From a candidate division WOR-3 bacterium (GTDB lineage Bacteria > Hydrothermota > Hydrothermia > JBDRYB01), in assembly GCA_049969615.1 (NCBI GenBank), contig JBMFOM010000001.1:1-64000 (forward strand): 64,000 nt of DNA. The letters run 5' to 3'. The first letter of the stretch is position 1. Each line of letters opens with the position of its first letter. A program made the position numbers and the translations under genes. This document shows positions 33,541-43,769 of this stretch, piece by piece. The notes under the pieces are model-generated. The model made no database searches. It was not told the DNA's origin and saw nothing but the letters and a program-made list of their open reading frames with translations.

Positions 33541-33660
33541 CCAATTTGCATAGCTGCCAAATTATATTGGGTGGCAACGGATTGACGCAAGTGCCTGATC
33601 CTGCGAACTGCGCGTTTCGCCGCCGGACCCCCGGTGGTGCAAAAAACCCAGGGGATCCGA
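33541..33660 (-). promoter_or_regulatory. CRISPR leader with sigma70-like promoter
   Basis: TTGCGT (33590-33585), 18 nt, TATAAT (33566-33561); imperfect GGATCCCCTGG...CCGGGGGTCC palindrome near cas2. Confidence 0.75.
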
Positions 33661-33927
33661 TCAGAATATGAACTCCTCGGAGGAACCCTTCTCAAGGCCC
33701 ATGACCTCCCGTTCAAAGTAGTGCTTGGTCCTGAAGGTGTAAATAATGACCGAGTCCTCCTCGGGATTCATCACCTTGTGGAGGTCGCTTTTCAACCTCG
33801 CGAACTGCGCGCCGGTCAGCTCCCCCTCAAACACCGAGCACTGGACCCAGGTCAAGTATCTTCGGCAGGTCTTCAGGAACCTGTTAACCCGTTCCTCCCC
33901 CGCGTCGTAGACCAGTATTATGAACAC
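33661..33927 (-). CDS. cas2: CRISPR-associated endoribonuclease Cas2
   Basis: ILVYD...KTCRRYLTWVQCSVFEGELT. Confidence 0.95.
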   Translation of the reverse strand: MFIILVYDAGEERVNRFLKTCRRYLTWVQCSVFEGELTGAQFARLKSDLHKVMNPEEDSVIIYTFRTKHYFEREVMGLEKGSSEEFIF

Positions 33928-33930
33928 GGC

Positions 33931-34923
33931 TCACTCCTTCCGGACATAGGGAACATAGTCCTCCTCGTCTATGAAGTGCCGGTAAAGCTTGTAGCATTCC
34001 AGCCGGATCATGCGCCTGTATGAGACCTGCCTGCCGAGATTCTTGTGGGCCACGGTCTCAGCGAGCCGCTCCTCGTAGGCCTTGATGAAAGTCTTACGCG
34101 GATTTTCCTTCAGGTAAATTCCTCTTGCTTCCTCGGAAAAGTCTCCAGGCTTTATCTGTTGTCGGTTCAGAAGCGCGAATATCACCCTGTCAACCACGAG
34201 GGGCTTGAATATCTCCGCAAGGTCAAGGTTCAACGAGAAGCTTCTCTGGTTCGGGGTGTGCAGGTAGCCTATCCTTGGATCGAGGTGAGTCCTGTATATC
34301 TCTGAAAGCGCGGTAGTATACATCAGGGAATTTCCGAGTGAGATGAGGGCATTGAGCTGGTTGCGCGGAGGCCGTCGCGTTCTGGATTCAAATTCAAAAC
34401 CCTCCTGGGTAATTATCTCATCAAAGGCCGTGTAGTAGATCTCACGGGCATTGCCCTCCAAGGCCATCAGCTCCTCGGTGTCCCGCGGTTCATTTATCCG
34501 GCCCATTGCCTCGCCGATGGCCTCTCGCTGTTGACTCAGCTCCCTGTCCCTTGTGGCGTATATCCTCAGGTTAAAGAGCATGTTGCCGATGGCCCCTATC
34601 ACAAAGGCTTTCGCTAGGTAAAGCCTTTTCTCAGGGTCAAGGTAGTGTTCGGCCTGGCTCAGGGTTATCAATCCAGAGTTCAGGGTTTCTCTAGGGTAGT
34701 AGGTGCCGACATAATAGCCGTAGTGGTTGAAGAAGTGGATGAGGATGCCCTTTTGGGAAATGAACTCCAGGAAACGTTTGTTCAGGTCAACCTCCCCGAA
34801 GACCTTTATCTCCTCAACGGTCTCCACGGGAACAACTTGCTTGCCTTCATCGCTCTCAAGCACGATGGTGTTGTCGCCCCTTCTTAGGGTGCAGTTTGAC
34901 GAGATGTATATGGTCCTGAGCAT
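33931..34923 (-). CDS. cas1: CRISPR-associated endonuclease Cas1 (type I-B)
   Basis: HFFNHYGYYVGTYYPR, LMALEG, RRPPRNQLNALISLGN, LDPRIGYLH, LDLAEIFKP. Confidence 0.97.
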   Translation of the reverse strand: MLRTIYISSNCTLRRGDNTIVLESDEGKQVVPVETVEEIKVFGEVDLNKRFLEFISQKGILIHFFNHYGYYVGTYYPRETLNSGLITLSQAEHYLDPEKRLYLAKAFVIGAIGNMLFNLRIYATRDRELSQQREAIGEAMGRINEPRDTEELMALEGNAREIYYTAFDEIITQEGFEFESRTRRPPRNQLNALISLGNSLMYTTALSEIYRTHLDPRIGYLHTPNQRSFSLNLDLAEIFKPLVVDRVIFALLNRQQIKPGDFSEEARGIYLKENPRKTFIKAYEERLAETVAHKNLGRQVSYRRMIRLECYKLYRHFIDEEDYVPYVRKE

Positions 34924-34925
34924 TA

Positions 34926-35417
34926 TTACCCCCAGCACATTTCTCTGTATCCACAGGGTTTGCAATATCTAACCATTTTGGGCCGCGGAGGCTTTGGCCT
35001 TGCGACTAGCTCCTCTATCTCAGCGAGTATGTGTTCTACTTTGGCCTCCAACTCGGGCGTAAGCTCAAGGGATTCGCGCCTCCTTTCCTTGGGGAAAAGG
35101 AGAATCCCTTTTGTCTCAAACCCTTTCTCGTGCTTTAAGTAATACAGGTAATAGGCTAATTGCATTTGCGCGGCCTCTTTGTGCCTTGATGATCGCTTGA
35201 CCTCCGCGATAACACCCTCGCCCTCAACCAGGTCAATCACCAGCAGGTTGTCAACAGGGATTTCCTTGCGCTGACGGGCATAAGACTCCTGGTGAACCAG
35301 GCGGCCGGTGGCCAGGTGATAGTGCTCCTTGTTGTCGGGGAAGATATGGTGATGCATCAACCACGCTTCCCTAGGACAGACCAAGTAGGAATAGAAGGTA
35401 GTGGCGTTGACGGACAT
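34926..35417 (-). CDS. cas4: CRISPR-associated exonuclease Cas4
   Basis: CPREAWL, EVKRS, QLAYYLY, CKPCGYREMC. Confidence 0.95.
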   Translation of the reverse strand: MSVNATTFYSYLVCPREAWLMHHHIFPDNKEHYHLATGRLVHQESYARQRKEIPVDNLLVIDLVEGEGVIAEVKRSSRHKEAAQMQLAYYLYYLKHEKGFETKGILLFPKERRRESLELTPELEAKVEHILAEIEELVARPKPPRPKMVRYCKPCGYREMCWG

Positions 35418-37579
35418 CAGAAGATGGCCGATTCGTCAGAGGGTTCACTTGGTTTTATTGCTCCAAGATTATCTTCGTAATCAATGTCCGCAATCGTGGA
35501 CCACGGCGTTGGCCCTGGCGTTCCACGGTCTTTCACCCACCACCAGGGCACAGAAACCATTATTTCGGAAAGTTTCCAGGATTGTTTTTGCTCAACGAGG
35601 GTGCAGGCCTCGGCTTCAAATTTCCTCGGGATAACTTCAACCGTGAGCATTCCCTTCCGGGTCAATCTCTGCTCGGTCTTTTCCTCAAGGAGCAGGCTGT
35701 ATAGGCCCAACTCTTCTCGTAGTTGTTTAGCCTTCATCTGTCCCTCTTTCATCTCCGTCCGAAACTTTTCAGTTTTAAAAAGATACTCGTAAAGTTCTTC
35801 AACCCCTCTCCTTATCTCTCCATCCGACGGCTCGCTAGCCATTGAGGTTAAAATTTCCCTCGTCAGCGCCAGAATACCCAAGGCCTTCTCCTCGTAAACC
35901 AACTTGGAGTTATCCGATTCAGGCATTATTTCTACGGGCACACATCCAAGTTCGCCATAGCGATTAGCCCTTCCCATTCGCTGAACCAGTGCATCCAGAG
36001 GAGCAATCTGTGTAAACAAGACGTCATAGGATATATCCAGACTCACCTCCACCACCTGAGTGGATACAAGAAGAAAACCCCCTGGTGGACTCTTGGCCAG
36101 TTCTTCAAGTTTTGTTCTATGCCTGTTAATGAAACGACTATGTAGTAGAATAGCCTTCTCACCAAGTCGTTCCCTCGCTTGTTTGAAGAAATTTTGTGCA
36201 TCCTCAACGCTATTTAGAACCACTAGAACATTTTTGCCTCTGTTCACCATGTCAACGATCTCAGGGAGAACTTCCTCCAAGGCCCTTTCGGAAATACGGA
36301 TTTTATGCCTTCTTTTGTTCCAGAACTCGCCCTCTGCCTCAACTACTTGTCCCTCCTGTCCAAGTGATTCTCTTATAGTCTCTAAAAGTGGCGAGGGGAA
36401 AGTGGCACTCGCAAAAGCCAGTTTACCGTTCTTTAAGTTCTCAAGAGCACTCAGTAGTATTCCAAGCGTATATGGCTCATAGGCGTGTATTTCGTCAAAG
36501 ACCAGCGCCCCATGTTGGGCTAATGTTTCTTTTATTTCCCAGTACCTGCCGTTCAGATGTGCAAGAAGGAGCTGGTCAAGGGTCGCCACATTGACTGGTT
36601 TGGCAAATGACGAAGCGAGAAGACGCTCATCCCATGCTTCCTCTTCAAGTTCCACCTGGGAGCGCAGGTAGAACGAAGCCTTGCCGTGGGAGAGGCCAGT
36701 CTGATTACAGAAAATGTTTTTGAGCCTTTCAAACATTGCGTTACTGGTTGCCTGGGTTGGAAGCAAGTAAATAATTCGCCCAGCATTGGCGGCCCACCCG
36801 ACAAGTGCTTCGGTTTTGCCGGATCCAGTTGGCGCCCGGAGAAATAATGGGTTTCCGGCTTCCCAGCATTTTTCCTGGAAACCGTGGAGTCTAATTTTTT
36901 TTCTTTCCTTAATATGTTCTTCAACCCTATTTCTGCCCTCAGCCAAGAAATATTCCTGGGGATCTTTCCTGCCTGAGGCGGCCCAATCCGCAAGCTGGAG
37001 CACAGTTTTTATCTGGGCGAAATCTGACCTCTTGATGTTGCGATGCTCTTCCCCGGCCCTGGCCCAAAAATCGTATGGCGGGATTTTTTGTAATTCTTCA
37101 ATAACCCTGCTCAAGAAATCTTCGTCCAGTTCTAGATTCATCTGGTCTATCAGGGCTCCTAGAAACTTCAGGAACGCTTCATGGAAAGGCGGTTTAACCA
37201 CTCTGTAATCGTTATAGAGTGTAGAGTGAATCGGGGTATGGTGGCTCAGGACTGCAAGTGAGGCCTCCGGTGGATCCTTGAATATCTTCTTTTCAAGCAG
37301 GTAAACAAGCGGAAACGATGCCAGAGCATGTGGAAATGATCTCTCCTTTTTCCCCCTGATGTATTCCTGGAAGCTCTTTGTCGCCTTGCCAATATCATGG
37401 AACGCGCAAGCAAATAAAGCTTTTTGAAGGGCTTTATCCTCCAGATTGAGAGACCTGGCTATGATATACCCGGCTTCTGCCGTCTGACGGCTATGATCCA
37501 AAAGACCGACATCCGGCTTGGCCAGGAGTTCATCAGGGCCAGAAACAAAAGGCTCTTCCATCGCACTGGAAAGCATCAA
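35417..37579 (-). CDS. cas3: CRISPR-associated helicase/nuclease Cas3
   Basis: HD domain (LLDHS, HDIGK, HH, ADW) plus APTGSGKTE, DEIH, SAT, STQVVEVSLD, QRMGRANR; start may be 37561. Confidence 0.95.
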   Translation of the reverse strand: MMLSSAMEEPFVSGPDELLAKPDVGLLDHSRQTAEAGYIIARSLNLEDKALQKALFACAFHDIGKATKSFQEYIRGKKERSFPHALASFPLVYLLEKKIFKDPPEASLAVLSHHTPIHSTLYNDYRVVKPPFHEAFLKFLGALIDQMNLELDEDFLSRVIEELQKIPPYDFWARAGEEHRNIKRSDFAQIKTVLQLADWAASGRKDPQEYFLAEGRNRVEEHIKERKKIRLHGFQEKCWEAGNPLFLRAPTGSGKTEALVGWAANAGRIIYLLPTQATSNAMFERLKNIFCNQTGLSHGKASFYLRSQVELEEEAWDERLLASSFAKPVNVATLDQLLLAHLNGRYWEIKETLAQHGALVFDEIHAYEPYTLGILLSALENLKNGKLAFASATFPSPLLETIRESLGQEGQVVEAEGEFWNKRRHKIRISERALEEVLPEIVDMVNRGKNVLVVLNSVEDAQNFFKQARERLGEKAILLHSRFINRHRTKLEELAKSPPGGFLLVSTQVVEVSLDISYDVLFTQIAPLDALVQRMGRANRYGELGCVPVEIMPESDNSKLVYEEKALGILALTREILTSMASEPSDGEIRRGVEELYEYLFKTEKFRTEMKEGQMKAKQLREELGLYSLLLEEKTEQRLTRKGMLTVEVIPRKFEAEACTLVEQKQSWKLSEIMVSVPWWWVKDRGTPGPTPWSTIADIDYEDNLGAIKPSEPSDESAIF

Positions 37580-38252
37580 GGCCCTCCACTCGCAATTTTA
37601 AGCCTGGCGGAATAAAGGTAAAGACAATAACCTTCCCGGGCTCCGGCTTCCTTATACCCCTTTGGACCTGGAATGACACCGGCAGTTTAACGCTCTGAGG
37701 CGCTGGGAATGAACCTTCTTGGTCAAGGATAAGATGAACCCTGTCATTAGGGATGGTATGTAGATCAACAGGAACAAAGGTTCCGGTGAACTCAGGGGAT
37801 GTCTCTAAGGCCTCAGTAATCCTCACCGATGTCAACTCTACAAGTTCATCTTCGCGACCAAGAGAAAGGGCATAAACAGGGTCCTCAAAAGCCTTTTGTA
37901 GGGTGTTAAGCAGATCAGTATTCGCCGCCGCGTAGTAGATTGTATATCTTGCGAAGAACAGGAGTTCCCGGGTGTAAATAGAGCGTTCAGTTATCTTTTT
38001 CACCTTTACCTTCATTATCTTCCATAGGTCTTTGGCCGTTCCAACCTCACCATCTGAAAGAGCTACTGCCTTTATCAACCGTATCACGCTGTTGGACTCC
38101 CACATTTCGTCTGGTGAAAGTCCCAAAGCGGCGCCAGCCAGGCCCAAAAGCGTGGTTGGCGGGGGCAGATTGAAAGTTTTCTGATAGTTATGATCCATAG
38201 GGCGCCTGAAGGAAAAAACCGGCCCCCGTGCCCTTATCTCAAGAACCTGCAT
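37533..38252 (-). CDS. cas5: CRISPR-associated protein Cas5 (Cas5t-like)
   Basis: SFRRP...TFNLPPPTTLLGLAGAALG, LSLGREDEL. Confidence 0.92.
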   Translation of the reverse strand: MQVLEIRARGPVFSFRRPMDHNYQKTFNLPPPTTLLGLAGAALGLSPDEMWESNSVIRLIKAVALSDGEVGTAKDLWKIMKVKVKKITERSIYTRELLFFARYTIYYAAANTDLLNTLQKAFEDPVYALSLGREDELVELTSVRITEALETSPEFTGTFVPVDLHTIPNDRVHLILDQEGSFPAPQSVKLPVSFQVQRGIRKPEPGKVIVFTFIPPGLKLRVEGLDAFQCDGRAFCFWP

Positions 38253-39147
38253 AAACCTTACCAGTGTCTTCCTTGGCCTTGTCAATGGCTGCGGCTATAC
38301 TCATAACCTTGTCACCGAAGGCTTCCTTTATATCCTTTTCGTTATTGAAGAAGCCGGTCTCCATGCCAAAGAATGAAACCTCTATGTAATCCTTCATTCT
38401 TTCCAGGGATTCCTGTAAGAGGGGCAGGTTAAGGTTAAATTCCTCATCAACGAGAAGACTTTCCAGGAAAACCGGATGCTTGGCCTTCATCCGAGCGTAT
38501 GCTAAAAACTTAGGTGAGAGATCCACAATCATCCTCGCGGTTCTTCCGCCACCCCAGAGGATACGGAGGGCCTCAAGGAGAGCTGTAACCCTTTTGCTTT
38601 TTTCTGGTGCAGTTAGTTCCTTAATTTCCTTTTCGCCAGTTTCAAGTGTTCCGAATACTCCAACCCTGTCAAGCTCAACCATGATTACCCCGCGGAAGAT
38701 GTTGTTGTAAACCTCGGTCTCAAACATATTTCCACCCTCGGAAACGGCCTGGCCAAACTTCTCAAAGGAACGGGTCCCGAGGTCTCTGTCTCCCCTGAAT
38801 GGGAAGCAACCTGTCGCGAAGGAGACGCGAACTGGAGAGGTGCGTCTTTTACCGCCGGAGGCATCCATGTATCCAAAGAGGTCTTCGTCAATGAATTCCC
38901 AGGGCCTACAGGGTGGCGTGACTTCCTGTCCTTTAACTTCGGAGTGCGGTTCAGAAAGAGCCCACCCCAGCTCTTCTATGCGGTCACGGAGGGCACGGCG
39001 CAAGGCTTGGCCCGATATGTAGGGCAATGTGTTTCCGTCAGGCAAAGTCACCTTCTTGGCAACGATCACATTCCCTTCGCTATGGGAAGCGTTCACATTC
39101 CCAGCAGAAACCTTGAACAGGTATCCTATGGATATAGCTTTATTCAT
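38239..39147 (-). CDS. cas7: CRISPR-associated protein Cas7/Cst2/DevR
   Basis: PYISGQALRRALR, DEDLFGYM, RRTSPVRVS. Confidence 0.93.
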   Translation of the reverse strand: MNKAISIGYLFKVSAGNVNASHSEGNVIVAKKVTLPDGNTLPYISGQALRRALRDRIEELGWALSEPHSEVKGQEVTPPCRPWEFIDEDLFGYMDASGGKRRTSPVRVSFATGCFPFRGDRDLGTRSFEKFGQAVSEGGNMFETEVYNNIFRGVIMVELDRVGVFGTLETGEKEIKELTAPEKSKRVTALLEALRILWGGGRTARMIVDLSPKFLAYARMKAKHPVFLESLLVDEEFNLNLPLLQESLERMKDYIEVSFFGMETGFFNNEKDIKEAFGDKVMSIAAAIDKAKEDTGKVYAGS

Positions 39148-40635
39148 TTACTTTTCCTCCTTTTTCTCAGAGCCCTTCCAAAGGAAGGAGTTCATGGCGT
39201 ATATGCTCAGCAGGGTCTTTATCCTCTGCCAGGGTTGACCGGCTATCTTCTCGCCTTTCTCTATCCTTATAATGTCTTCAGGCGTTGTCATTTCAAGCCT
39301 GAACTGGATGTCGTTGAGGGTCTTCAGGTAGTCATCTACATTTTTCGCGTTGCGCAAAGAGTAAAGCAGGCCCATCTCGTTTTCTTCCCTGCATTTACTG
39401 CCTAGCGAGTGGCCGAACCAAGCCAAGAGCTTTATGGTGTCTTCATCCATCTTAAGAACCTCCTGATGATATATGCTCAGAAACTGCGAAAGATCTTTGA
39501 TGGGATAAGGGTTATCCTCTTTGATTCTTGCCATGTAAAGAAAATCCTCAATAGGCTGAGCTATTTCAGAAAAATCAGTAATACCCCTGGCAACCTGCTC
39601 GCGCCAGATACTGTTCCAAGACTTGCCTTCCTTGGTCATAAATTGTTTTATTATCTGTGAAGGGTCTACTTCCCCTTTTCTCCATGATCTGTAAAGCCTG
39701 TAAAGGGGCTCTAACTTAGAAAACTCAGTGAAGCCAGTCATGTTGAAACCTTTTTTGGTCTGGCCAGAAATCCCCATAAGGATTAAATTTGCCCGCACAC
39801 TCTTTTCCTGTCCAAGAAGTAGAGAGAATACTTCCTCTACTTGTTTGCTGGTTTCTTGTTCATAAAGCTTTGAGAACACATAGAATAGAAAACCCAGCAT
39901 GGTCTCGTGTAAACCTTCGCCGAAAAAGTCAGTAGAAAAGTTAGTCGCTTTACTTTTCGACTCCTCTGAAGCAATTATGGGCCTGATGGTATCCAAGAAC
40001 CGAGAAAGGAAACCCAAATCATCCGAGTGGAAGATGAACATATGGAGATTGTCGCCTTGCCTTCTATAGAGAGTGCCTAGAAAGGCGGCCACTCCGGCCA
40101 AAGCACACATTGGACAAGACTGGTAGGCTCCTTTGAGGGAGGGGTAGAAATTTGAGAACTTGCCCGGCTCCACCAAGAAAGGATAAAGATACTGCTTTAG
40201 GTCAACAAGAACGGTATTATCCCCACAAAAAATGCAGGGTCCCCTTTCTTTGGTTAACTTGATCTCTATTCGGTAAAACGGCTGATGTTCCCATTGTAGA
40301 ACCGTTTTTTTCTTACCGTCCACTACATAAGTGTATTCCTGGGTTTTACCGGCACCAGCCTTAGTCCGTGGCGTGATCTTAATAAAAACATTCGCGGGAT
40401 CAACCCAGTTCATCTTCTCATAAGACTCTAACTTCCCGGTCTGAGAGTTGTAAAACTCGCCCTTGTTGCCCGTGGGTTTTACCAAACATTTATTTACAAG
40501 CTTGTCTACAGTCTCTTGAAATTCTATCTCTTGCCCATCCTCAAGGTCAAGCAAGCACTTTAAGCGCTTTACTTGAACCTTCCCGTTATCTATCCAAAAA
40601 TTCCCAGTGGGTTCAAGGCTGATTTTAATTCTCAT
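39148..40635 (-). CDS. cas8b1: Type I-B large subunit Cas8b1/Cst1-like (CXXC-CXXC)
   Basis: GNFWIDNG N-terminus, CIFC and CPMC motifs, LLYSLRNAKN C-terminal helical part; lies between cas6 and cas7. Confidence 0.8.
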   Translation of the reverse strand: MRIKISLEPTGNFWIDNGKVQVKRLKCLLDLEDGQEIEFQETVDKLVNKCLVKPTGNKGEFYNSQTGKLESYEKMNWVDPANVFIKITPRTKAGAGKTQEYTYVVDGKKKTVLQWEHQPFYRIEIKLTKERGPCIFCGDNTVLVDLKQYLYPFLVEPGKFSNFYPSLKGAYQSCPMCALAGVAAFLGTLYRRQGDNLHMFIFHSDDLGFLSRFLDTIRPIIASEESKSKATNFSTDFFGEGLHETMLGFLFYVFSKLYEQETSKQVEEVFSLLLGQEKSVRANLILMGISGQTKKGFNMTGFTEFSKLEPLYRLYRSWRKGEVDPSQIIKQFMTKEGKSWNSIWREQVARGITDFSEIAQPIEDFLYMARIKEDNPYPIKDLSQFLSIYHQEVLKMDEDTIKLLAWFGHSLGSKCREENEMGLLYSLRNAKNVDDYLKTLNDIQFRLEMTTPEDIIRIEKGEKIAGQPWQRIKTLLSIYAMNSFLWKGSEKKEEK

Positions 40636-40689
40636 CCTAACAACCTCCTCTTTTCACCCCCAAAGTATAATCCCCCCAGTCAAGGCCTT

Positions 40690-41433
40690 TCAACCCCATC
40701 TCACCACCTCCACCATCCCGAACCCCTGGGAGTTCTTTGAACCCAGGCCCGTGTCCAGGGCAATCTTCAGGAGCTCTGGCGGGCCAGAGAGCTCGTATAA
40801 CCCGTTCCAGGCCTTGATGACCGTCCCCTTGAACTTGAGAACTTTTTCGTCCCTGGCGCCAACCCTCAGGGGTTTCACGAGCAGGCACCAATTCTCCTCT
40901 GGCTTCTGGCCATAAGCGGCTTCGTATTTCTTAAGGAGGTTCTCGGAGATAAGCCTTGGGAATTCCTTTTCAAGGGGTGAATAGTAGTAGGTCTTTTTAC
41001 GGCCTTCGGCGTCGTAAAGGGTACTGTATGTGGTGATGGGCGAGATGGCCCTGACCACCATCCACTCGGCCTTTGGTAAAAACAGCACCTCAACGCCATC
41101 CACCACGCAGGGGTTGTGCCCAACTAACAGCGATTTCTCGCGAACCAGGTTCAGAACCAGGGACTCCAGGAAATCCGTGTGGACCGAGGCTACTGACCAT
41201 TTGATTTGATCTGTAAAGTGTATTTGTTCCCCCTCAATCTGGAAGCGCCCCTGGAGTCTTGAGAAGGTGAAGAGCTTAAAATGTCGCTTTTCTCTCGGAA
41301 AACCCTTCTCGTGAAGGTTATCGGCAATGGCTTTTTCGAGGTGACGGTAGACGATTCCCTGAAGAATATGGTTGTATTGGATTGGAAGGGTTATCCTCTC
41401 CTTCTCTGGGGAGAAGGTTATCTTAACCTGCAC
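40690..41433 (-). CDS. cas6: CRISPR-associated endoribonuclease Cas6
   Basis: YNHILQG, LHEKG, FKLFTFSRL, GLGSKNSQGFG; GTG at 41433 lies 6 nt after TATCAT. Confidence 0.95.
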   Translation of the reverse strand: MQVKITFSPEKERITLPIQYNHILQGIVYRHLEKAIADNLHEKGFPREKRHFKLFTFSRLQGRFQIEGEQIHFTDQIKWSVASVHTDFLESLVLNLVREKSLLVGHNPCVVDGVEVLFLPKAEWMVVRAISPITTYSTLYDAEGRKKTYYYSPLEKEFPRLISENLLKKYEAAYGQKPEENWCLLVKPLRVGARDEKVLKFKGTVIKAWNGLYELSGPPELLKIALDTGLGSKNSQGFGMVEVVRWG

Positions 41434-41480
41434 GTGCACATGATAGGCTAAACAAATATCCCAGCGCAAGTAAAAAGCTA

Positions 41481-41603
41481 GGTTTCTAAGAGGGTGCCCC
41501 CGAAAAATCCCGCGCCGAGAGCATTCCCTAATGGTTCCCTTTAGATCTTGTCCGGTCTCCACAAATACAAAAATTTGATCCTGCGCGGGAAATGGGTTAT
41601 AAT
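41481..41603 (+). repeat. Partial family C repeat plus family E promoter end
   Basis: GGTTTCTAAGAGGGTGCCCCCGAAAAATCCCG; TTGATC (41575), 17 nt, TATAAT (41598). Confidence 0.7.
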
Positions 41604-41621
41604 TTATCCTGGAGGCATGCG

Positions 41622-43613
41622 ATGATCTCCTTAATCCTTGCAGGCTTGATTTCCTTCAACACCATCGTGGTAAAATTCCCGTTTTACGGGCAAAACCCCG
41701 GCCCCCTTGAGCGCCTGGGGGGCATATCCGTTAAATCCTTTAGGTCAGACACTGTCATAGCCTACGTCAACGAGGATGGGCTTGCTAGGCTCATATCCCT
41801 CGGACTTTCGCCGCAGATCATCATCCCGGACATCAGGGCCTATACAAAGGATCTCTTTGACAAGGGGGTTTATCACACATACGATCAGGTGATAAGCATC
41901 ATGACCGATTCCGCGGCCGCTCACTCGGACATCTGCAGGCTTGACACCATAGGACTTTCGGTTGAGAACAGGCTCATCCTCGCGTGGCGCATAACGGATA
42001 ACCCAATGGTTGAGGAGGCTGAGCCAGAGGTCCGCGTCATGGGCAACATCCACGGTGACGAGGTAATAGGCTGTGAGGTCCCCCTTTACTTTGGCCTGCA
42101 CCTTTTGAAGAACTATGGCTCTGATCCCGTGGTCACCCGGCTGGTTGATTCCACGGAGATCTGGGTTGTTCCCATGATGAACCCAGATGGCCATTATCAC
42201 GGCTACAGGGAGAATGCCCGCGGCGTTGACCTGAACCGGGACGCCGGCTACTACTGGGACGGGTGGGGAGGCTCGTCCGCTCCCTTTGGCGAGCCTGAGT
42301 CAAGAATATACTTTGCACATGCCCTCGGGAACGAACCAGCGATGGAGTGGGTCTATCACTCCGCGGCCTGGTATGTCAACTACCCCTGGGATTACTCGCC
42401 AAAGGACCCGCCGGACTCTGGCCTCATAATAACCCTCTGCCAGATATACGCGGACTCGGACTACATGCAGGTCGTCACCAACGGGTTTGACTGGTATCAG
42501 GTCTGCGGCTCCGTCCAGGACGCTGGCCAGGGCGTTGTTGGTGGGTATTTCATCACAATAGAGACAGACCAGCCCTCCAACGGCTCCGCGCAGATAGATT
42601 CCATATGCACCAGGAGCACAAAGGCCCTCCGTGGACTCATAAGCAGGGCCGGCTGGGGCATCTGGGGCATCGTCACGGACAACATCAGCGGCCAGCCGCT
42701 CAAGGCAAGGGTTGAATTTGTTTCCCCTGATAGGATAACGGTTTTCACGGATTCCGCCCTTGGCGACTACCACAAGCTCCTCTCCCCCGGCACCTACACC
42801 GTCCGTTTCTGCGCTCAGGGCTACGCGCCGAATGAGGTCTCCGGGGTTGTGGTCCCTTCGTCCGGCTCGGTCAGGGTTGACGCGGCGCTCGCGCCTGATC
42901 CCGAATACAACTACGGGTTCAGGGTCATTTATATAACATATACGGAGGATGATTCCTGGGAACCGGACATCAGAGCGAGGACATGGAAGACCCTCGGGCC
43001 CCCGGATGGGGTTTATCAATCCCTGGGCGGCGGAGGCGAGATAGTCATTGACATGGGTCTTGATTCTGCCATTGTTGATGATGCGACCAGCCCTGATTTC
43101 AGGGTCTACGAGGGCGACGCGTCCTCTGAATCCTACACGGCCTATGTTTCTTCGGACTGGAAAGGCGGTTGGGTTTCCTGTGGTTCTGCCTCTGGTTCCA
43201 ACGATTTTGAGATACCGGGTTCCGGCGGCGTCTATCGTTATGTGCGCGTGGTTTCCGCATCCACATCGGAAACGGATTCCCTGGCTGGGTTTGACCTTGA
43301 CGCTATTCGCTCCTACACCAAGATAGGAAACATCGGCATTGCCGAGCGCGTTGGCTCCCGGCCGGATTTGCAGGTGAATCTCCTAGGCAGTCCCGGCAGG
43401 GGTAGTGTTGCCCTTGAGCTTGTCCTGGAGAACGAATCCCCCGTTTCCATCAATATCTATGACGCCACTGGCAGGCTCGCCCTCGCTAGGGACATGGGCA
43501 GGTTGCCCCCGGGCCAGCACCAGGTCTTTTTGAGGCTCGTGAATGGCGTCTGGTTCATGAGGATCAAAGCCGGGGCCGAAACGAGGACCCTGAAAGCTGT
43601 AGTCAGCGAATAA
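41622..43613 (+). CDS. M14 zinc carboxypeptidase with T9SS-type C-terminal domain
   Basis: GNIHGDE, NPDG, RENARGVDLNR, YH, YPWD; C-terminal IYDATGRL; GGAGG before ATG at 41622. Confidence 0.9.
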   Translation: MISLILAGLISFNTIVVKFPFYGQNPGPLERLGGISVKSFRSDTVIAYVNEDGLARLISLGLSPQIIIPDIRAYTKDLFDKGVYHTYDQVISIMTDSAAAHSDICRLDTIGLSVENRLILAWRITDNPMVEEAEPEVRVMGNIHGDEVIGCEVPLYFGLHLLKNYGSDPVVTRLVDSTEIWVVPMMNPDGHYHGYRENARGVDLNRDAGYYWDGWGGSSAPFGEPESRIYFAHALGNEPAMEWVYHSAAWYVNYPWDYSPKDPPDSGLIITLCQIYADSDYMQVVTNGFDWYQVCGSVQDAGQGVVGGYFITIETDQPSNGSAQIDSICTRSTKALRGLISRAGWGIWGIVTDNISGQPLKARVEFVSPDRITVFTDSALGDYHKLLSPGTYTVRFCAQGYAPNEVSGVVVPSSGSVRVDAALAPDPEYNYGFRVIYITYTEDDSWEPDIRARTWKTLGPPDGVYQSLGGGGEIVIDMGLDSAIVDDATSPDFRVYEGDASSESYTAYVSSDWKGGWVSCGSASGSNDFEIPGSGGVYRYVRVVSASTSETDSLAGFDLDAIRSYTKIGNIGIAERVGSRPDLQVNLLGSPGRGSVALELVLENESPVSINIYDATGRLALARDMGRLPPGQHQVFLRLVNGVWFMRIKAGAETRTLKAVVSE

Positions 43614-43769
43614 CCTCGCTCTTTATAGCTTTATCACCCTGTCCCCGGCCCTCAAAAGATACACTCCGGGCCTGAGTTCCCTGAGGTCGTTTCTCCCGTC
43701 CTTTCGCGCCCGGGGCCGCAATGCGCACATTGCCAGGCGTTATGCCCGCGAATATGGATGCATAGGTCG

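Noticed and set aside
33634-34023. 129-aa plus-strand ORF and other antisense ORFs across the cas operon
   Set aside because: Shadow frames of cas2/cas1 and other well-supported genes
40637-40891. 84-aa ORF or CreTA-like element between cas6 and cas8
   Set aside because: Overlaps cas6 out of frame; the real gap is about 54 bp and holds only a promoter and ribosome-binding site, with no repeat-like sequence
41438-41455. CATGATAGGCTAAAC resembling part of the CRISPR repeat at the cas6 promoter
   Set aside because: Short, gapped match with no second repeat; explained by the -10 box
43674-43691. 18-bp identity GAGTTCCCTGAGGTCGTT with 5578-5595
   Set aside because: Does not extend; an isolated 18-mer can occur by chance in 64 kb; no reverse transcriptase or template/variable-repeat pattern
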